From: Candidatus Latescibacterota bacterium
GTDB taxonomy: Bacteria > Latescibacterota > UBA2968 > GCA-2709665
Length of the DNA stretch: 64,000 nt
Direction of reading: 5' to 3'
NCBI GenBank assembly: GCA_963667175.2
Contig: CAXXXF010000015.1
Span: forward strand, 256,001-320,000
The position numbers were made by a program, and so were the translations under genes. This document shows, piece after piece, positions 20,046 to 31,884 of this stretch. The notes under the pieces were generated by a model. It ran no database searches. It had not been told where the DNA came from and worked only from the letters and a program-made list of their open reading frames with translations. Each line of letters starts with the position of its first letter. The first letter of the stretch is position 1.

Positions 20046-21083
20046 CTACGCCTGCCCGCGGTCCAGAGTCCCGCGGAAGAGTCGAAGGAAGTTGCCGCCC
20101 CAGACCTTGCGGATTTCGTTTTCCGAGAGGCCGCGGGCGAGCATGGCGCGGGTGAGCCGCACGAGCTTTGAGACGTCTCCGAAAACCGGAGTGGCCGAAC
20201 CCATGCCGTCGTAGTCGGAGCCGATGGCAACGTGGTCGATGCCCACCAGGTCCGCCACGTAACAGATATGGTCGACCATTCGATCCGCGGAAGGGTTTTC
20301 CGGATCGATAAAGCCCGGGAGAAACGCAATCCCCATCACCCCGCCGGCCCCGGCCAGCGCCCTGAGTTGATCGTCGGTCAGGCAGCGCCAGTGGTTGCAA
20401 ACGGAGAAGGCCGCGGTGTGGGTCATCGTTACCGGTAGCGAAGACTGCTCCAGAACCTGGTAGAAAGCCCTGTCGTTAATGTGGGCCAGGTCCGTGATGA
20501 TGCCCAGCCGGTTGCTCTCCTCAAGTACGGCTCTGCCAAAGTCCGTCAACCCGCCGGCGCTTCCGCGTTCCCGATCGCGGTCTTCAGGCGCGCACGGCCC
20601 GAACGGACTTCTGCTGCCCTGCAGCAAGGTCGGGTCGTTACCGCCTTCGCCGTGGGTGATTCCAATGCAGCGAACTCCCAGGCGGTAGTAAAGGCGCAAT
20701 GTGTCCATCTCTCCTTCCAGCCAGCGTCCGGCGCCTTCGATTGTAAGCAGGATGCCGATTTTGCCGGTTTCTCTCGCCCGTTCAACGTCCCGTGACGAGA
20801 ACACCAGCATCAGGTCATCGGGATAGAGCTCCACCGACGCAAGGGTCTGTTCCAGGGTAACCCGGACGTTTGCCGTGGGACCGTTGCCGACCACGAAAAA
20901 GCCGGCGTCGAACCCGCCCTCTTTCATCCGGTGAATGTCCATATGGTAGGCATCGTCCGGTTTTTTCAGGTCCATCGGACGTTCGCCCCGGTGCACGCGC
21001 TCCACGGGCGTGTCGTTGTGGCCGTCGACGATCAGGCACCTGTCGTGGACCGCCTGCGCTTCTTCAAGGGTGATTTCCGGCAT
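20046..21083 (-). CDS. Membrane dipeptidase (peptidase M19)
   Basis: DGHND, TIEG, DLAH, GSDYDG, WGGNFLR. Confidence 0.92.
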   Translation of the reverse strand: MPEITLEEAQAVHDRCLIVDGHNDTPVERVHRGERPMDLKKPDDAYHMDIHRMKEGGFDAGFFVVGNGPTANVRVTLEQTLASVELYPDDLMLVFSSRDVERARETGKIGILLTIEGAGRWLEGEMDTLRLYYRLGVRCIGITHGEGGNDPTLLQGSRSPFGPCAPEDRDRERGSAGGLTDFGRAVLEESNRLGIITDLAHINDRAFYQVLEQSSLPVTMTHTAAFSVCNHWRCLTDDQLRALAGAGGVMGIAFLPGFIDPENPSADRMVDHICYVADLVGIDHVAIGSDYDGMGSATPVFGDVSKLVRLTRAMLARGLSENEIRKVWGGNFLRLFRGTLDRGQA

Positions 21084-21153
21084 GACGAATTTCCTCTGCT
21101 GAACGTGGACGGTGAGGTTCCAGCGGGTCGGACATGCGCCGGTTCAGTACCGA

Positions 21154-22476
21154 CTACGGCGGATCGACGGGTACTTTCTGGTTCTTGCGGACCAGCGGAT
21201 CGTACGTGAATCCGTCGGAGCGTTTTTCGAACTCCGCGCGCGCCTTCTTCAGGAGATCCGGATTCCCGCAGAGATCGATCGCGCTTCCGGCAAAAACCTT
21301 GGCGGTCTGCCGGACGGCGCGTTCGGCGAAAGGCAGGGCGGCCTGCGCGGCCATGTCCCGGTGGTGTCCGGGCGTTCCCTTTGCGTAACAGACCATCTCG
21401 AAGCGACCCAGGGGCGCCAGCCATGAAACATTGTCCTCGTCGGTAGACCCCCTGCCCTGCGAGCCGCTGCCCTTGCCGATCTTCGTATTGAATCCCTTCT
21501 TGAATCCCAGGGCTTCGGCGCGCTCCCTGTCGGCTTCCGTGGGTTTGGGCGGCCCGAAGCGTTTCAGGTTTTCACGTACGATCTCACACATCGCCTTGTT
21601 GGGCAGACGGGGGTATACGGCGGTGATGCGAGACCATTTCATCTTCGTGTCCGTGGCTCTGGCGGCGCCCCGTGCGCATGCGGTGAGACGCTCGCGCACG
21701 TCGTCGACCTGCTTGCGGTCTTTCCCCCGTACGAAGTACCAGATTTTCGCATAGGCCGGCACCACGTTGGGTGCGTCGCCTCCATCGCGGATCACGGAAT
21801 GGATCCTGACGTTTTCGGGGACATGCTCCCGGAGATAGTTGGCGGCAATATCCGTGAGCATCACCCCGTCCAGCGCGCTGCGGCCCCGGTGGGCCGACGC
21901 CCCGTGGGCGGTACGTCCGAAGAATTCGTAGACGACGGAGTCCAGCGACGAACCCCCGAAATTATCGACGCCGGAAGAGTTTCCCGGATGCCAGGCGAGG
22001 CAGGCGTCCAGGTCCCGGAACGCGCCGTCGCGGGCCATATAGACTTTGCCGGCCAGCGTCTCTTCCGCCGGGCAGCCGTAGTAGACGATTTTTCCGGATG
22101 TGCCGGTTGATTCGAGAATCTTCGCAGCGGCGACCGCACCCACGGCCGGGGCAACGCCCAGGAGGTTGTGGCCTCAGCCGTGACCCCATTGCCCCTCCTC
22201 GGGACCGCAGTTGGGCAGCGCATCGTATTCGCCGAGCATCCCTACCGCCGGCTTGCCGGCGCCGCTGGTCGCGCGAAATGCCGTGGGGATATTCTTGAAC
22301 GGGAACTCGACGTCGAAGCCGCGCGAGGCCAGGTAGTCCGCGATGGCCCGGGAGGATTTAACCTCCCGGAACGGCCGTTCCGCCCAGGCGTGCACCCGGC
22401 CGGAGAGGTCCCTGGCCCGCTTCGACTCGGCAGCGACGGCGCGATTGACGAGACGCTTCTTGTCTTTCGGCTTCAT
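21154..22476 (-). CDS. M20 family amidohydrolase (AbgB-like) with in-frame UGA at 22174-22176; putative selenoprotein (440 aa)
   Basis: Track ORFs 22174..22476 and 21154..22143 are in frame. Readthrough gives EYDALP...GHG(UGA)GHNLLG...PAEE...WHP...GRSALD...GSTD. Confidence 0.85.
22135..22173 (-). promoter_or_regulatory. Candidate bacterial SECIS element
   Basis: GGGC-GUU-GCCC apical stem-loop; the loop starts 18 nt after the UGA with G then U; basal CCAC/GUGG pairing is possible. Confidence 0.55.
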
Positions 22477-22531
22477 GAGATTTCCCTTTCCATCCTGTCC
22501 ATGTTAATTCCGATTCTTGTACCGAATGTAT

Positions 22532-23440
<909 letters not shown>

Positions 23441-23443
<3 letters not shown>

Positions 23444-24529
23444 AAGACTCGCGACGGCATCGGCCACCGCATCGCCCGCCTCGCGCGTCTCGGCGGCGCC
23501 TCCCAGGTCAGCGGGGTGGTTCTTCGGACTCTCCAGCGTTCGATCCACGGCGCGGTCAATTGTCTCCGAGGCGGCGGCGGCTTCGGGATCGTTGTGGCGC
23601 GCACCCAGCCAGGACAGCATCATTCCCGCCGACAGGATCTGAGCCATGGGGTTGGCAACACCCTCCCCCGCGATATCGGGGGCGGTACCGTGGGATGGTT
23701 GAAAGACGCCGTAGCGGTCGCCCACGTCCGCGGACGGCGCCATCCCCATTCCGCCGATGGTGGCGGCGGCCAGGTCGGAGATGATATCACCGAACATATT
23801 TTCCGCGACGACGACGTCGTACCAGCCGGGGTTGCGCAGCTGGTACACGGTGAACGCATCCACGTAGGCATAGTCCCGTTCGACGTCGGGATAGGTTGCC
23901 GCGGTCTCGTCGTAGATCTGCCGGAAGAACGCCATGCTCTTCAGAATGTTGGCCTTGTCGACCGAGGTGACGCGGCTGGCGCCGTCCGAGGGCGCTCCCT
24001 TGCGCTGCCTTGCGATTTCAAAGGCGTACCGGACGATCCGCTCGGTGCCGGCGCGGGTGATCACCATGTTGTCCACGGCGAGGCTGTCACCGACGCGAAC
24101 CCCGGCGCCGCGGGAGGCATAGAGGCCCTCTGTATTCTCACGCAGGATGACGTAATCGAGCGGCGGATCTCCATCGAGAAGCGGAGGCACGCCGCGGTAT
24201 TTCTTGATGGGCCGGATCCCGGCGTAAAGGTCCAGTTCGAAGCGGAGCGTCAGTTGGGGCGCGATTTCCGTTCCGTCGGGAAAGCGGACGTCCGGATCGC
24301 CGGCCGAGCCGAAGAGCACGGCATCGGCCTGTTTGCAGGCTTCGAGCGTGGATTCCGGGAGGTCTTCGCCGGTCTCAGCGTAACACCCGGCGCCCACCGG
24401 ATGTTCGGAAAACGTGAATCGAAGGTCGGGATGCGGCTCCTCCAGGGCGAGGAGCACTTTGAGCGATTCCGCGACCACTTCCGGGCCGACGCCGTCTCCG
24501 GGGAGCACCGCAATGTTGTACGTTGGCAT
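23441..24529 (-). CDS. Isocitrate/isopropylmalate/tartrate dehydrogenase family protein
   Basis: LPGDGVGPEV, RENTEGLY, VDKANIL, NMFGDIISD, HGTAPDIAG...ANP. Confidence 0.92.
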
Positions 24530-24539
24530 TCCCGTCCTT

Positions 24540-25718
24540 TCAGGGGATGAAGTTCTGTGAAGGGCGGCGAGGACGCTGGCGATCGTGAATGCCGATGCGG
24601 AATCCGCCCTCGGACTTCACGCCCCGTTCCAGTACGTCCGGTTCGACGTCGAATCCCGCGCCGGGCGTTTCAGGGACGACCAGCCTGCCGTTTCGCGTCC
24701 GCCATCCGTCCAGGACGATGCCCGGCATGTCCGCGGGGGCCGCTTCCAGGAGGCTGAAGTTGGGAATGGACGCGGCGAAATGGGCATGGGCGTACCGTTC
24801 GATGACGCTGCCCCAGCAATGGGGCGCGCACGTCGCGCCCCATTGCTGGATTCGGTCCGCCGTGGCTTTCCACCAGGTAAGCCCCTTGTCGCGGAAGTCG
24901 TGCTGCACGACGTCAATCCATCCCTTTTCCACCATATGGAAGAAGTCGGGCGGAGGCGGCCCGGATTCACCGTCGGCAACGAGCGTGTCGTAGCCTCTCC
25001 GGTCGATGGCTTCCTTAAAGGCCTCATTGAACGCCCGGTCTTCGGGAAAGGGCTCTTCGAACCAGTAGATCCCCGCGTCCCGGCAGCGTTCGAGAATGTC
25101 CAGTGCGATATTGAGCGTGGCGCCGTTGTTGGCGTCAACGAGAATCTTCGCGTCCGGTCCCGCGGCTTCCCGGACCGCGTGGATCACCAGCACGTCCCTG
25201 TCGGCGCCTTCGCGAACCGGCATCCAGCGCGCGCCGCGCCCGATTTTGATTTTGAAATTGCGGTAGCCGGCATCGCGCCCGGTCCGGACTTCCTCGTGGA
25301 AGATTCGCCGCGCCCCGTCGTCGTTGGTTTCCAGATCGTCAATGTAGATGGAGCCGTCGTAGAGTTCCACTTCACGGGCGCCGCGCGCGCCCAGGAGATG
25401 GAAAAGGGGCGTCCCTTCACATCTGGCGGCCAGGTCCCACAGAGGCAGATCGATTGGCGCGCCCTCGGCGGTTGACCCGCCTGGAAGGTCAAAGAGCGCC
25501 GAGGGGCGCATTCCGAGCAGTGCTTCGGCGCGCTCCCTGTCAATGGCAGACCAGCCGATGCCCACGGCGCCGCCCGTGGTGCAGATGCGCACAACAGGAT
25601 CGGTGACGGCGGGACCATGGACGCCGATGCGGGCGTTGGATCCCACGACGCGCGGGCGCTTTCCGTGCAGTACGACTTTTTCGATCCTGGCGATCGGGTC
25701 GGAAAAAGCAATTGACAT
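24540..25718 (-). CDS. Mandelate racemase/enolase superfamily protein
   Basis: LWDLAAR, FKIKIG, VDAN, WFEEP, ADGE. Confidence 0.88.
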   Translation of the reverse strand: MSIAFSDPIARIEKVVLHGKRPRVVGSNARIGVHGPAVTDPVVRICTTGGAVGIGWSAIDRERAEALLGMRPSALFDLPGGSTAEGAPIDLPLWDLAARCEGTPLFHLLGARGAREVELYDGSIYIDDLETNDDGARRIFHEEVRTGRDAGYRNFKIKIGRGARWMPVREGADRDVLVIHAVREAAGPDAKILVDANNGATLNIALDILERCRDAGIYWFEEPFPEDRAFNEAFKEAIDRRGYDTLVADGESGPPPPDFFHMVEKGWIDVVQHDFRDKGLTWWKATADRIQQWGATCAPHCWGSVIERYAHAHFAASIPNFSLLEAAPADMPGIVLDGWRTRNGRLVVPETPGAGFDVEPDVLERGVKSEGGFRIGIHDRQRPRRPSQNFIP

Positions 25719-25837
25719 GAAGGGCTACCGGGATCCGGGATGGGTGTACGATCCGGTAAAGTAAGCCAAAAACCGGTGGTTGGAAATCAAAAAAGCCGGC
25801 GTTACAGGGCCTCTCAATCGCACGCGGCAATTAAGTC

Positions 25838-25904
25838 TTGACGGACGCTACAAGATGTAGTACTATTCAGACACCGCAACGGATTATTCCCCAATCTGTT
25901 GCGT
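25838..25904 (+). promoter_or_regulatory. smc promoter (TTGACG-N17-TACTAT) with tandem NrdR-box-like sites
   Basis: Boxes ctaCAAgATgTAGtac (25848-25863) and cccCAAtcTgTTGcgt (25889-25904), 41 bp apart. Confidence 0.55.
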
Positions 25905-26098
25905 ATTCCTCACCTCCCCATCGATCCCCGTCTCGTTTTTATTTTCGTGATACCAAACTCATAGCGAACGTCCTCGCGGTCCGGGTGGCGACGTGGCGGA
26001 CAGGAATGCTTGTCGTTCCTGCCGTGCTGCTGCGCCTCTTGGTTTCGTTGCGTGCGCCCGTACCGGCCGGACGTTTGTGCTTTTCAGGGGGCGGAACC

Positions 26099-29000
26099 TT
26101 GCATCTTTCGCGACTGACGGCATCGGGCTTCAAATCTTTCGTGCAACAGCTGGACCTTTCGCTGCAGAAAGGCATCACCTGCGTTGTCGGCCCCAACGGC
26201 TGCGGTAAATCCAACGTGGTGGATGCGCTGCGCTGGGCGCTGGGCGAACAGCGGGTCCGGTCGCTGCGCAGCAACAATATGGAAGACGTGATATTTTCGG
26301 GTACGCGAAACCGGAAACCGCTCGGCATGGCGGAGGTATCGATCACCATTGACAATGCGGAGCGGTTTCTCTCGACCGATTATTCCGAAGTGACCGTGAC
26401 CCGCCGGCTGTTCCGGTCCGGAGACAGCGATTACCTTTTGAACAAGGTTCCCTGCCGGTTGAAGGATATTCAGAGTCTGCTGATGGATACGGGGCTGGGC
26501 GCGCATGCCTATTCCGTGATCGAGCAGGGAATGATGGACGAGATCATCAGCGACAAGCCCGAGGAACGGCGGCGGCTGTTCGAAGAGGCGGCGGGTGTGA
26601 CCCGGTACAAGGTACAGCGCCGGGCGGCGTGGAACCGTCTGGAGTCCGTCCGGCGGGACCTGGAGACCGTGGATGCCGTCATGGGGGAAATCGAGCGGCA
26701 GGTGAAGTCGCTCGCCCGTCAGGAGCGGAAGGCCCGCCTTTACAGACAGCTTGCAGACCAGATGAAGGACCTCGACGTCCGGCTCGGTCGCCACCGGTTC
26801 TTTCGGACGTCCGAAAGGTCCCGTCCCATCGCGGACGAGATGGCTCTTCTGAATGAGGACGTCGAAGTCGCCGCCGGAGAAATCGCCCGCCTGGAGGCGC
26901 GGCTGGAAGCCGTCCGGACGGAACTGGCGGAGCGCGATCAGGCGCTTGCGGAAGCGAACGTGGAAGTGAGCAGACAGAGTCAGCTCGTGCATCGGAAAGA
27001 GACGCACATCGCGGTCGCTCAGGAGAGAATCCGATCTATCGACGCCTTCCTGGAGCAGGCCGACCGGCGGCAGGAGGTCATGGCGGCGCGGCTGGATACG
27101 GCTCGGAGGGAATCGGAGGCGGCAAAGCGGCTGGGAGCGGAGGCCCGGGATGCATTGCAGCGGGCGGAAGGGGAATTGGAGACGGAGCGAGGCGATCTGG
27201 AAGCGACCAATCATGCGCTCGACGCACGGCGAACCCGCGCGGGCGAACAGAAAACCCAACTGATCGCCGCCCTGGGTGAAATCAACAAGGGAAGCGGCCG
27301 GCTGGAACGCGAACGCGCGCGGCTGGAGGGAATCGCGCAACACCAGGCCCGCCTCGAAGCCGATGCAAAGCAGTCGGCGCTCCGGAAAGCGGAGGCGGAC
27401 GACTCCGGACGGGAGGCGGAACGGCAGATCGACCTTCTGGAACGCGAGAATGAAGAAAAGAGCCGGCTGAGAGAGACGTACGCAGCGAAATACGGGCGGC
27501 TGCTCGAACAACAGGAAGACCTGACCGGGGCGCGCAGCCGGCTGCTGGCCAGAAAAGAGGCCGACGACGCGCGGGTTGGACTTCTGAAAAGGCTTCGGGA
27601 AGGATTCGAGGGGTATTCGAGCGGCGTCCGCGCCCTGGCGGTGGACTCTCCGTTTGCGGACCGCGTGCGCGGCGTGGTTGCGGACCGGATCGACGTGGAC
27701 GGGCGGTACGCGATCGCCATCGAAGCCGCCCTCGGACGCGCGCTGGAATGTTTGCTGGTGGATGAGCCCGCCGACGCGATGAAGGCCATAGACTACCTGC
27801 AATCGGGCGACCTCGGTTCGGCGGCGTTTCTGCCGCTGGATTCGGTTTCGAACGGAAACGACGTTTCCTGGACCTCGCCGGACGCGGACGGCGTGGCGGG
27901 CAGGGCTTCGGACCTGCTGCACGGCGAGGATTCTCCGGTGCACGCGCTGCTTCGCCGGACGCTCGTGGTAAACAACGCCGAAACCGCAGTTGGGCTGTTG
28001 GAGGAAACGCGGACTCGCGGTTTGGACGTGGTAACCGAGAACGGCGTGTTGTTCTCGGCCGACGGCACGATATACGGAGGGAATGCAGCCGACGGCGGCA
28101 CGGGCCTGATCGGGCGCAGGCAGGAGATCGAAACGCTGGAAGCAAACCTGAGCGCCGCCGGCGCCGACCTGCAGGCGTTGGATACGCGAATCGAGGAAAC
28201 CTCTGCATCGCTGGTCGAGACTCAGGCGCTTATCGACGAGACGGACGGGATTCTGGCCGACCTGAACCATCGCCTGGCCGCGCATCGCCGGGACCTTCAG
28301 ATCGCGCAGGCCGAAGAGCAGCGACAGTTGCGGATGGGGGTGGACCTGCGGGAGGAAATCGCGGCTGCGATGAACGACGAAACCGGGCTGAGAGAAGCGA
28401 TCGCTTCCGAGGAGGCGGAACTCGGCGTGCTTCAGAAACGCCGGGAACAACTGGAAGCGGCGGCACGCGAGGCCGACGCGGCGCTGCGGGAGCGCGAACG
28501 TCAGCAGCGGGCCGAACAGGACGCGGTTTCCAGGAGGCTGGTGGAGATCACTTCACTGAAGGGCAGCGTAGACCGGCACGAACGCGAAGGGCAGACGCGG
28601 ACCCGGGACATGGACGAAACCGACCGGGAAATGAAACGACTGGCCGCCGACTGCGAGGAACGGCAGACGGAGAGGCTCGACCTGGAAAGGGCCGCCCAGG
28701 ATTCCGAAGAGGAACTGGAGCGCCTGCATCGCACGCAGGACGAACTGGAGGCGAAGCGGGACCGGCAGGCGGAGCGGCAGCAGGCGTTGTTGACGGATAC
28801 CCGGAAGCTGGAAGAGGAAGCGCGGGACAAGAACCGCCAGGCGAATCAGAACCGGGACCGTCTGGTTGAGCTGCAGGGAGAGATGGCGGAATTGAAGACG
28901 GGATCCGAGGTGTTGCACGCTCGAATTCTGGACGAATACGAGGTGGACGTCAGGGAGGCGGGCGCATTGGACGATCCGGAATTCGATGAAGACGCGACCG

Positions 29001-29695
29001 AAAAACGGGCAGGCGAGCTACGCGAACGGCTCCGCCGGATGGGTCCGGTCAATCTCGCCGCCGTGGAAGAATACGAGGACCAGAAGAGCCATCACGAGTT
29101 TATGGCCAAACACAGGAACGATCTGCTCGAAGCGGCGGAGATCCTTCAGCGGACCATTACGCGGATCGACCGTACGGCCCGCGGCCGGTTCATGGCGACC
29201 TTCGATCAGATCAAAGAGAATTTCCGGAACACGTTCACGGCGTTCTTCGAAGGGGGCCGGGCGGATCTCCTGATGCCCCCGGACGAAGACCCGCTGGAGG
29301 CGCCGCTGGAAATCATCGCCCGGCCCAGAGGCAAGCGACTCCAGCACATCAATCTGCTTTCCGGGGGAGAGCGGGCGCTCACCGCGATCGCGCTGTTATT
29401 CGCGATCTACCTGGTCAAGCCCAGCCCGTTCTGCATTCTCGACGAGGTGGACGCCCCTCTGGACGATGCCAACGTCACCCGCTTCGTGCGGGTGCTCAAA
29501 CAATTCGCGGCCGACACGCAGTTCATCGTGGTGACCCACAACAAGGTCACGATGGACGCGGCGGACTGCCTGCACGGCATTACAATGGAAGAGCCGGGGG
29601 TCTCCAGGCTGGTATCGGTCAGGCTGGACCACGAGACCCCGGGCGGCAACGGGCAGGCGAAGGCGTTGGCGGAGACCACGGCCGCGGACGATTGA
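26099..29695 (+). CDS. smc: Chromosome segregation protein SMC
   Basis: GFKSF, Walker A GPNGCGKSN, FEEAAG, hinge, LLSGGE, LDEVDAPLD. TTG start at 26099; the track start is too far upstream. Confidence 0.97.
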   Translation: MHLSRLTASGFKSFVQQLDLSLQKGITCVVGPNGCGKSNVVDALRWALGEQRVRSLRSNNMEDVIFSGTRNRKPLGMAEVSITIDNAERFLSTDYSEVTVTRRLFRSGDSDYLLNKVPCRLKDIQSLLMDTGLGAHAYSVIEQGMMDEIISDKPEERRRLFEEAAGVTRYKVQRRAAWNRLESVRRDLETVDAVMGEIERQVKSLARQERKARLYRQLADQMKDLDVRLGRHRFFRTSERSRPIADEMALLNEDVEVAAGEIARLEARLEAVRTELAERDQALAEANVEVSRQSQLVHRKETHIAVAQERIRSIDAFLEQADRRQEVMAARLDTARRESEAAKRLGAEARDALQRAEGELETERGDLEATNHALDARRTRAGEQKTQLIAALGEINKGSGRLERERARLEGIAQHQARLEADAKQSALRKAEADDSGREAERQIDLLERENEEKSRLRETYAAKYGRLLEQQEDLTGARSRLLARKEADDARVGLLKRLREGFEGYSSGVRALAVDSPFADRVRGVVADRIDVDGRYAIAIEAALGRALECLLVDEPADAMKAIDYLQSGDLGSAAFLPLDSVSNGNDVSWTSPDADGVAGRASDLLHGEDSPVHALLRRTLVVNNAETAVGLLEETRTRGLDVVTENGVLFSADGTIYGGNAADGGTGLIGRRQEIETLEANLSAAGADLQALDTRIEETSASLVETQALIDETDGILADLNHRLAAHRRDLQIAQAEEQRQLRMGVDLREEIAAAMNDETGLREAIASEEAELGVLQKRREQLEAAAREADAALRERERQQRAEQDAVSRRLVEITSLKGSVDRHEREGQTRTRDMDETDREMKRLAADCEERQTERLDLERAAQDSEEELERLHRTQDELEAKRDRQAERQQALLTDTRKLEEEARDKNRQANQNRDRLVELQGEMAELKTGSEVLHARILDEYEVDVREAGALDDPEFDEDATEKRAGELRERLRRMGPVNLAAVEEYEDQKSHHEFMAKHRNDLLEAAEILQRTITRIDRTARGRFMATFDQIKENFRNTFTAFFEGGRADLLMPPDEDPLEAPLEIIARPRGKRLQHINLLSGGERALTAIALLFAIYLVKPSPFCILDEVDAPLDDANVTRFVRVLKQFAADTQFIVVTHNKVTMDAADCLHGITMEEPGVSRLVSVRLDHETPGGNGQAKALAETTAADD

Positions 29696-29717
29696 CCGGG
29701 GCGGCCGACTTCCCGGT

Positions 29718-31793
29718 TCAGACTGATCCCAGGCTCTTCATAATCTTCGCGACAACGGCGTCCGTGTCGCCGATTCCGGCTCCGGACAGCCGCTCCAGGA
29801 TGATCCCCTGCGGGTCCACCAGGAAATACGCGGGTATCGCACGCACGCTATAGGCGCTGGTCGTCTCGGAACGCCATGCCCCTGGGCGCACGTGCACCCC
29901 TTCGATCTGATGTTTTTCGATGGCTTTGCGCCATGCGGCGTCGCTCGAATCCAGTGAGAGGTTGAGGAAAACCACCGGCTGACCGGCGGTTTCTTTCTTT
30001 ATCCTTCTGAGATCGGGCAAGTTGCTTATGCACGGACCGCACCAGCTTGCCCAGAAGTCCAGCAGCACGACCTTGCCCCTGAACTGGCTCAGCGATACGG
30101 GCCGGCCGTCCAGATCCTCCAGCGTGAAATCCGGCGCCGGACGTCCCGGCTGGAGGGCCATCGCCTTGTCCAGCGCCGCCTGGACCGGCGCGTTGTATTC
30201 GGGATAGGGATTGGTCGTCCGGTAGTCCCGCCACTTGCGACGGACCAGTTCAATGCTGTCACCGCCGTATTCGAAGGCACGGATCAATTCTCCCGCCAGG
30301 AACCAGTAGAGTACTTGCCCTTTCAGTTTCTTTTCGGCGAGGTCAATCCTGTGTGGAAGCATTGGCATTGACCGCTTCTTGATTGCATAGATCGAATCCA
30401 GTCTCGCCTGCACCGCCGGCGACAGACCCAGGTCCGAGAGGTCCAGCTTCCGGGACAGCCGGAGCGGCTGCCGGTTTTCGTACAGGGAGTCCAGATGCGC
30501 GACGAACTCCGACGACTGGTCCAATTCCGACAGATCCACCATTTCGGACAGTTTCTGCTTCTTGTGGATCGACTTCAACTGCCCGTCAAAGTCCGTGCCT
30601 TCTTCTACGGTCAGGCGGATAACCATCGAACCGCCTGTGGTATCGATTTCCGGTTTCTTCAGCTTGCTTGAAGTCGTGATCCTGTACGATCTGCCACTCC
30701 TTTCGTAGAAGGAATCGAGGCGGGCGTGAGCTGCCTGGGGGACGCCCAATTTCGGCAGATCGATGATGTCGGATAGTGTGGATTTGCTCCTGTTGTCATA
30801 CAGCGAGTCAAGTCTGCCTGCGACAGGTTTCGGCAGATCCGACGCACCCAGACGGATCATTTTTGACAGCTTCGGATGCCATCCGTACCGCGCGTAGAGT
30901 GAGTCGAGACCTGCCACGGTTTTCTCCGGAAGATTCAGACTCGACAGATCGTATTGATCGCTGAGCCTGTTCGACATGGGCATCCTCATCATTTCCAGGT
31001 CCAGCGTGCGGATGAGGTAGGTACTGTACGTACCCATGCCAATTGCCTTTTCGTCCACCAGAGGGACCCGTTTCAGGAAGTCGTGGAATTCAGGCGGGAT
31101 ATCCGGGTTCTCGCGGCCGGTGGCGCGCCGGTAATTTTCCGGGTATGATATCTTCAGAAAGGCATACGTGTAGTTGAAAAAGCGCTTCGCGTACTCGACG
31201 AATTCCGGCGAGAACACGTATCTCGTTCGCCGCATCTCCAGGAATTCAAGCTGGTCCGTGTGCCACCCGTCGGCCAGGCGGGAGAAGGCTTCCGCCTCCA
31301 TTTCCCTGTTTTCGCTGACTTTCTTCTGGAAATCCTGGAATCGGGGATACGATTCGGCAACAAAGCGGCTGTTGTCCGCGTTCGTGCCGCTGAACCGGTA
31401 GGACGTATAGAGACGTCCGGGATGGATCCTGATATGCAGGCTGTCGCCGGGCTCGACAAACACCACCAGTGGCCCGGGTTTGAATACGTACGACGCGGCC
31501 TGCCGCACCCATTTCCACGGGACGCTTCTGCTCTTGTAACTTCCCCTGACGAGAGTCCCGCGGACGACGGGGATCTTGACGGCGAAGCGGTCGCGGCTGT
31601 CCAGAGCCACGCGCTGCTCGGACTGTCGTCCCAGTGCCCAGGGCGAGTCGTACCGGAACGTGATTTCCCGCGACGTGGGGCTGCGCACTTCGCCGGTGAT
31701 GATCGCGACGGATGGCGGGCGGGTTTCTGACGCCGAACAGACGGTCAACATGGTGAGAATGGCGAACAGAACAATACCAGGTGTGTTCTTCAT
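29718..31793 (-). CDS. Exported TlpA/redoxin-domain thiol-disulfide oxidoreductase with long repeat-containing N-terminus
   Basis: Signal peptide; C-terminal APDFTL...LDFWASWCGPC...IPAYFLVDPQG. Confidence 0.85.
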   Translation of the reverse strand: MKNTPGIVLFAILTMLTVCSASETRPPSVAIITGEVRSPTSREITFRYDSPWALGRQSEQRVALDSRDRFAVKIPVVRGTLVRGSYKSRSVPWKWVRQAASYVFKPGPLVVFVEPGDSLHIRIHPGRLYTSYRFSGTNADNSRFVAESYPRFQDFQKKVSENREMEAEAFSRLADGWHTDQLEFLEMRRTRYVFSPEFVEYAKRFFNYTYAFLKISYPENYRRATGRENPDIPPEFHDFLKRVPLVDEKAIGMGTYSTYLIRTLDLEMMRMPMSNRLSDQYDLSSLNLPEKTVAGLDSLYARYGWHPKLSKMIRLGASDLPKPVAGRLDSLYDNRSKSTLSDIIDLPKLGVPQAAHARLDSFYERSGRSYRITTSSKLKKPEIDTTGGSMVIRLTVEEGTDFDGQLKSIHKKQKLSEMVDLSELDQSSEFVAHLDSLYENRQPLRLSRKLDLSDLGLSPAVQARLDSIYAIKKRSMPMLPHRIDLAEKKLKGQVLYWFLAGELIRAFEYGGDSIELVRRKWRDYRTTNPYPEYNAPVQAALDKAMALQPGRPAPDFTLEDLDGRPVSLSQFRGKVVLLDFWASWCGPCISNLPDLRRIKKETAGQPVVFLNLSLDSSDAAWRKAIEKHQIEGVHVRPGAWRSETTSAYSVRAIPAYFLVDPQGIILERLSGAGIGDTDAVVAKIMKSLGSV

Positions 31794-31884
31794 GGCGCGG
31801 TCCCTCCGTTCGGGTTCAGCTGAAACTCAAAAATCATCCGATCCCTCAGACATAGTTCGACACGGCAGGTCGAACCAGAGCAGT

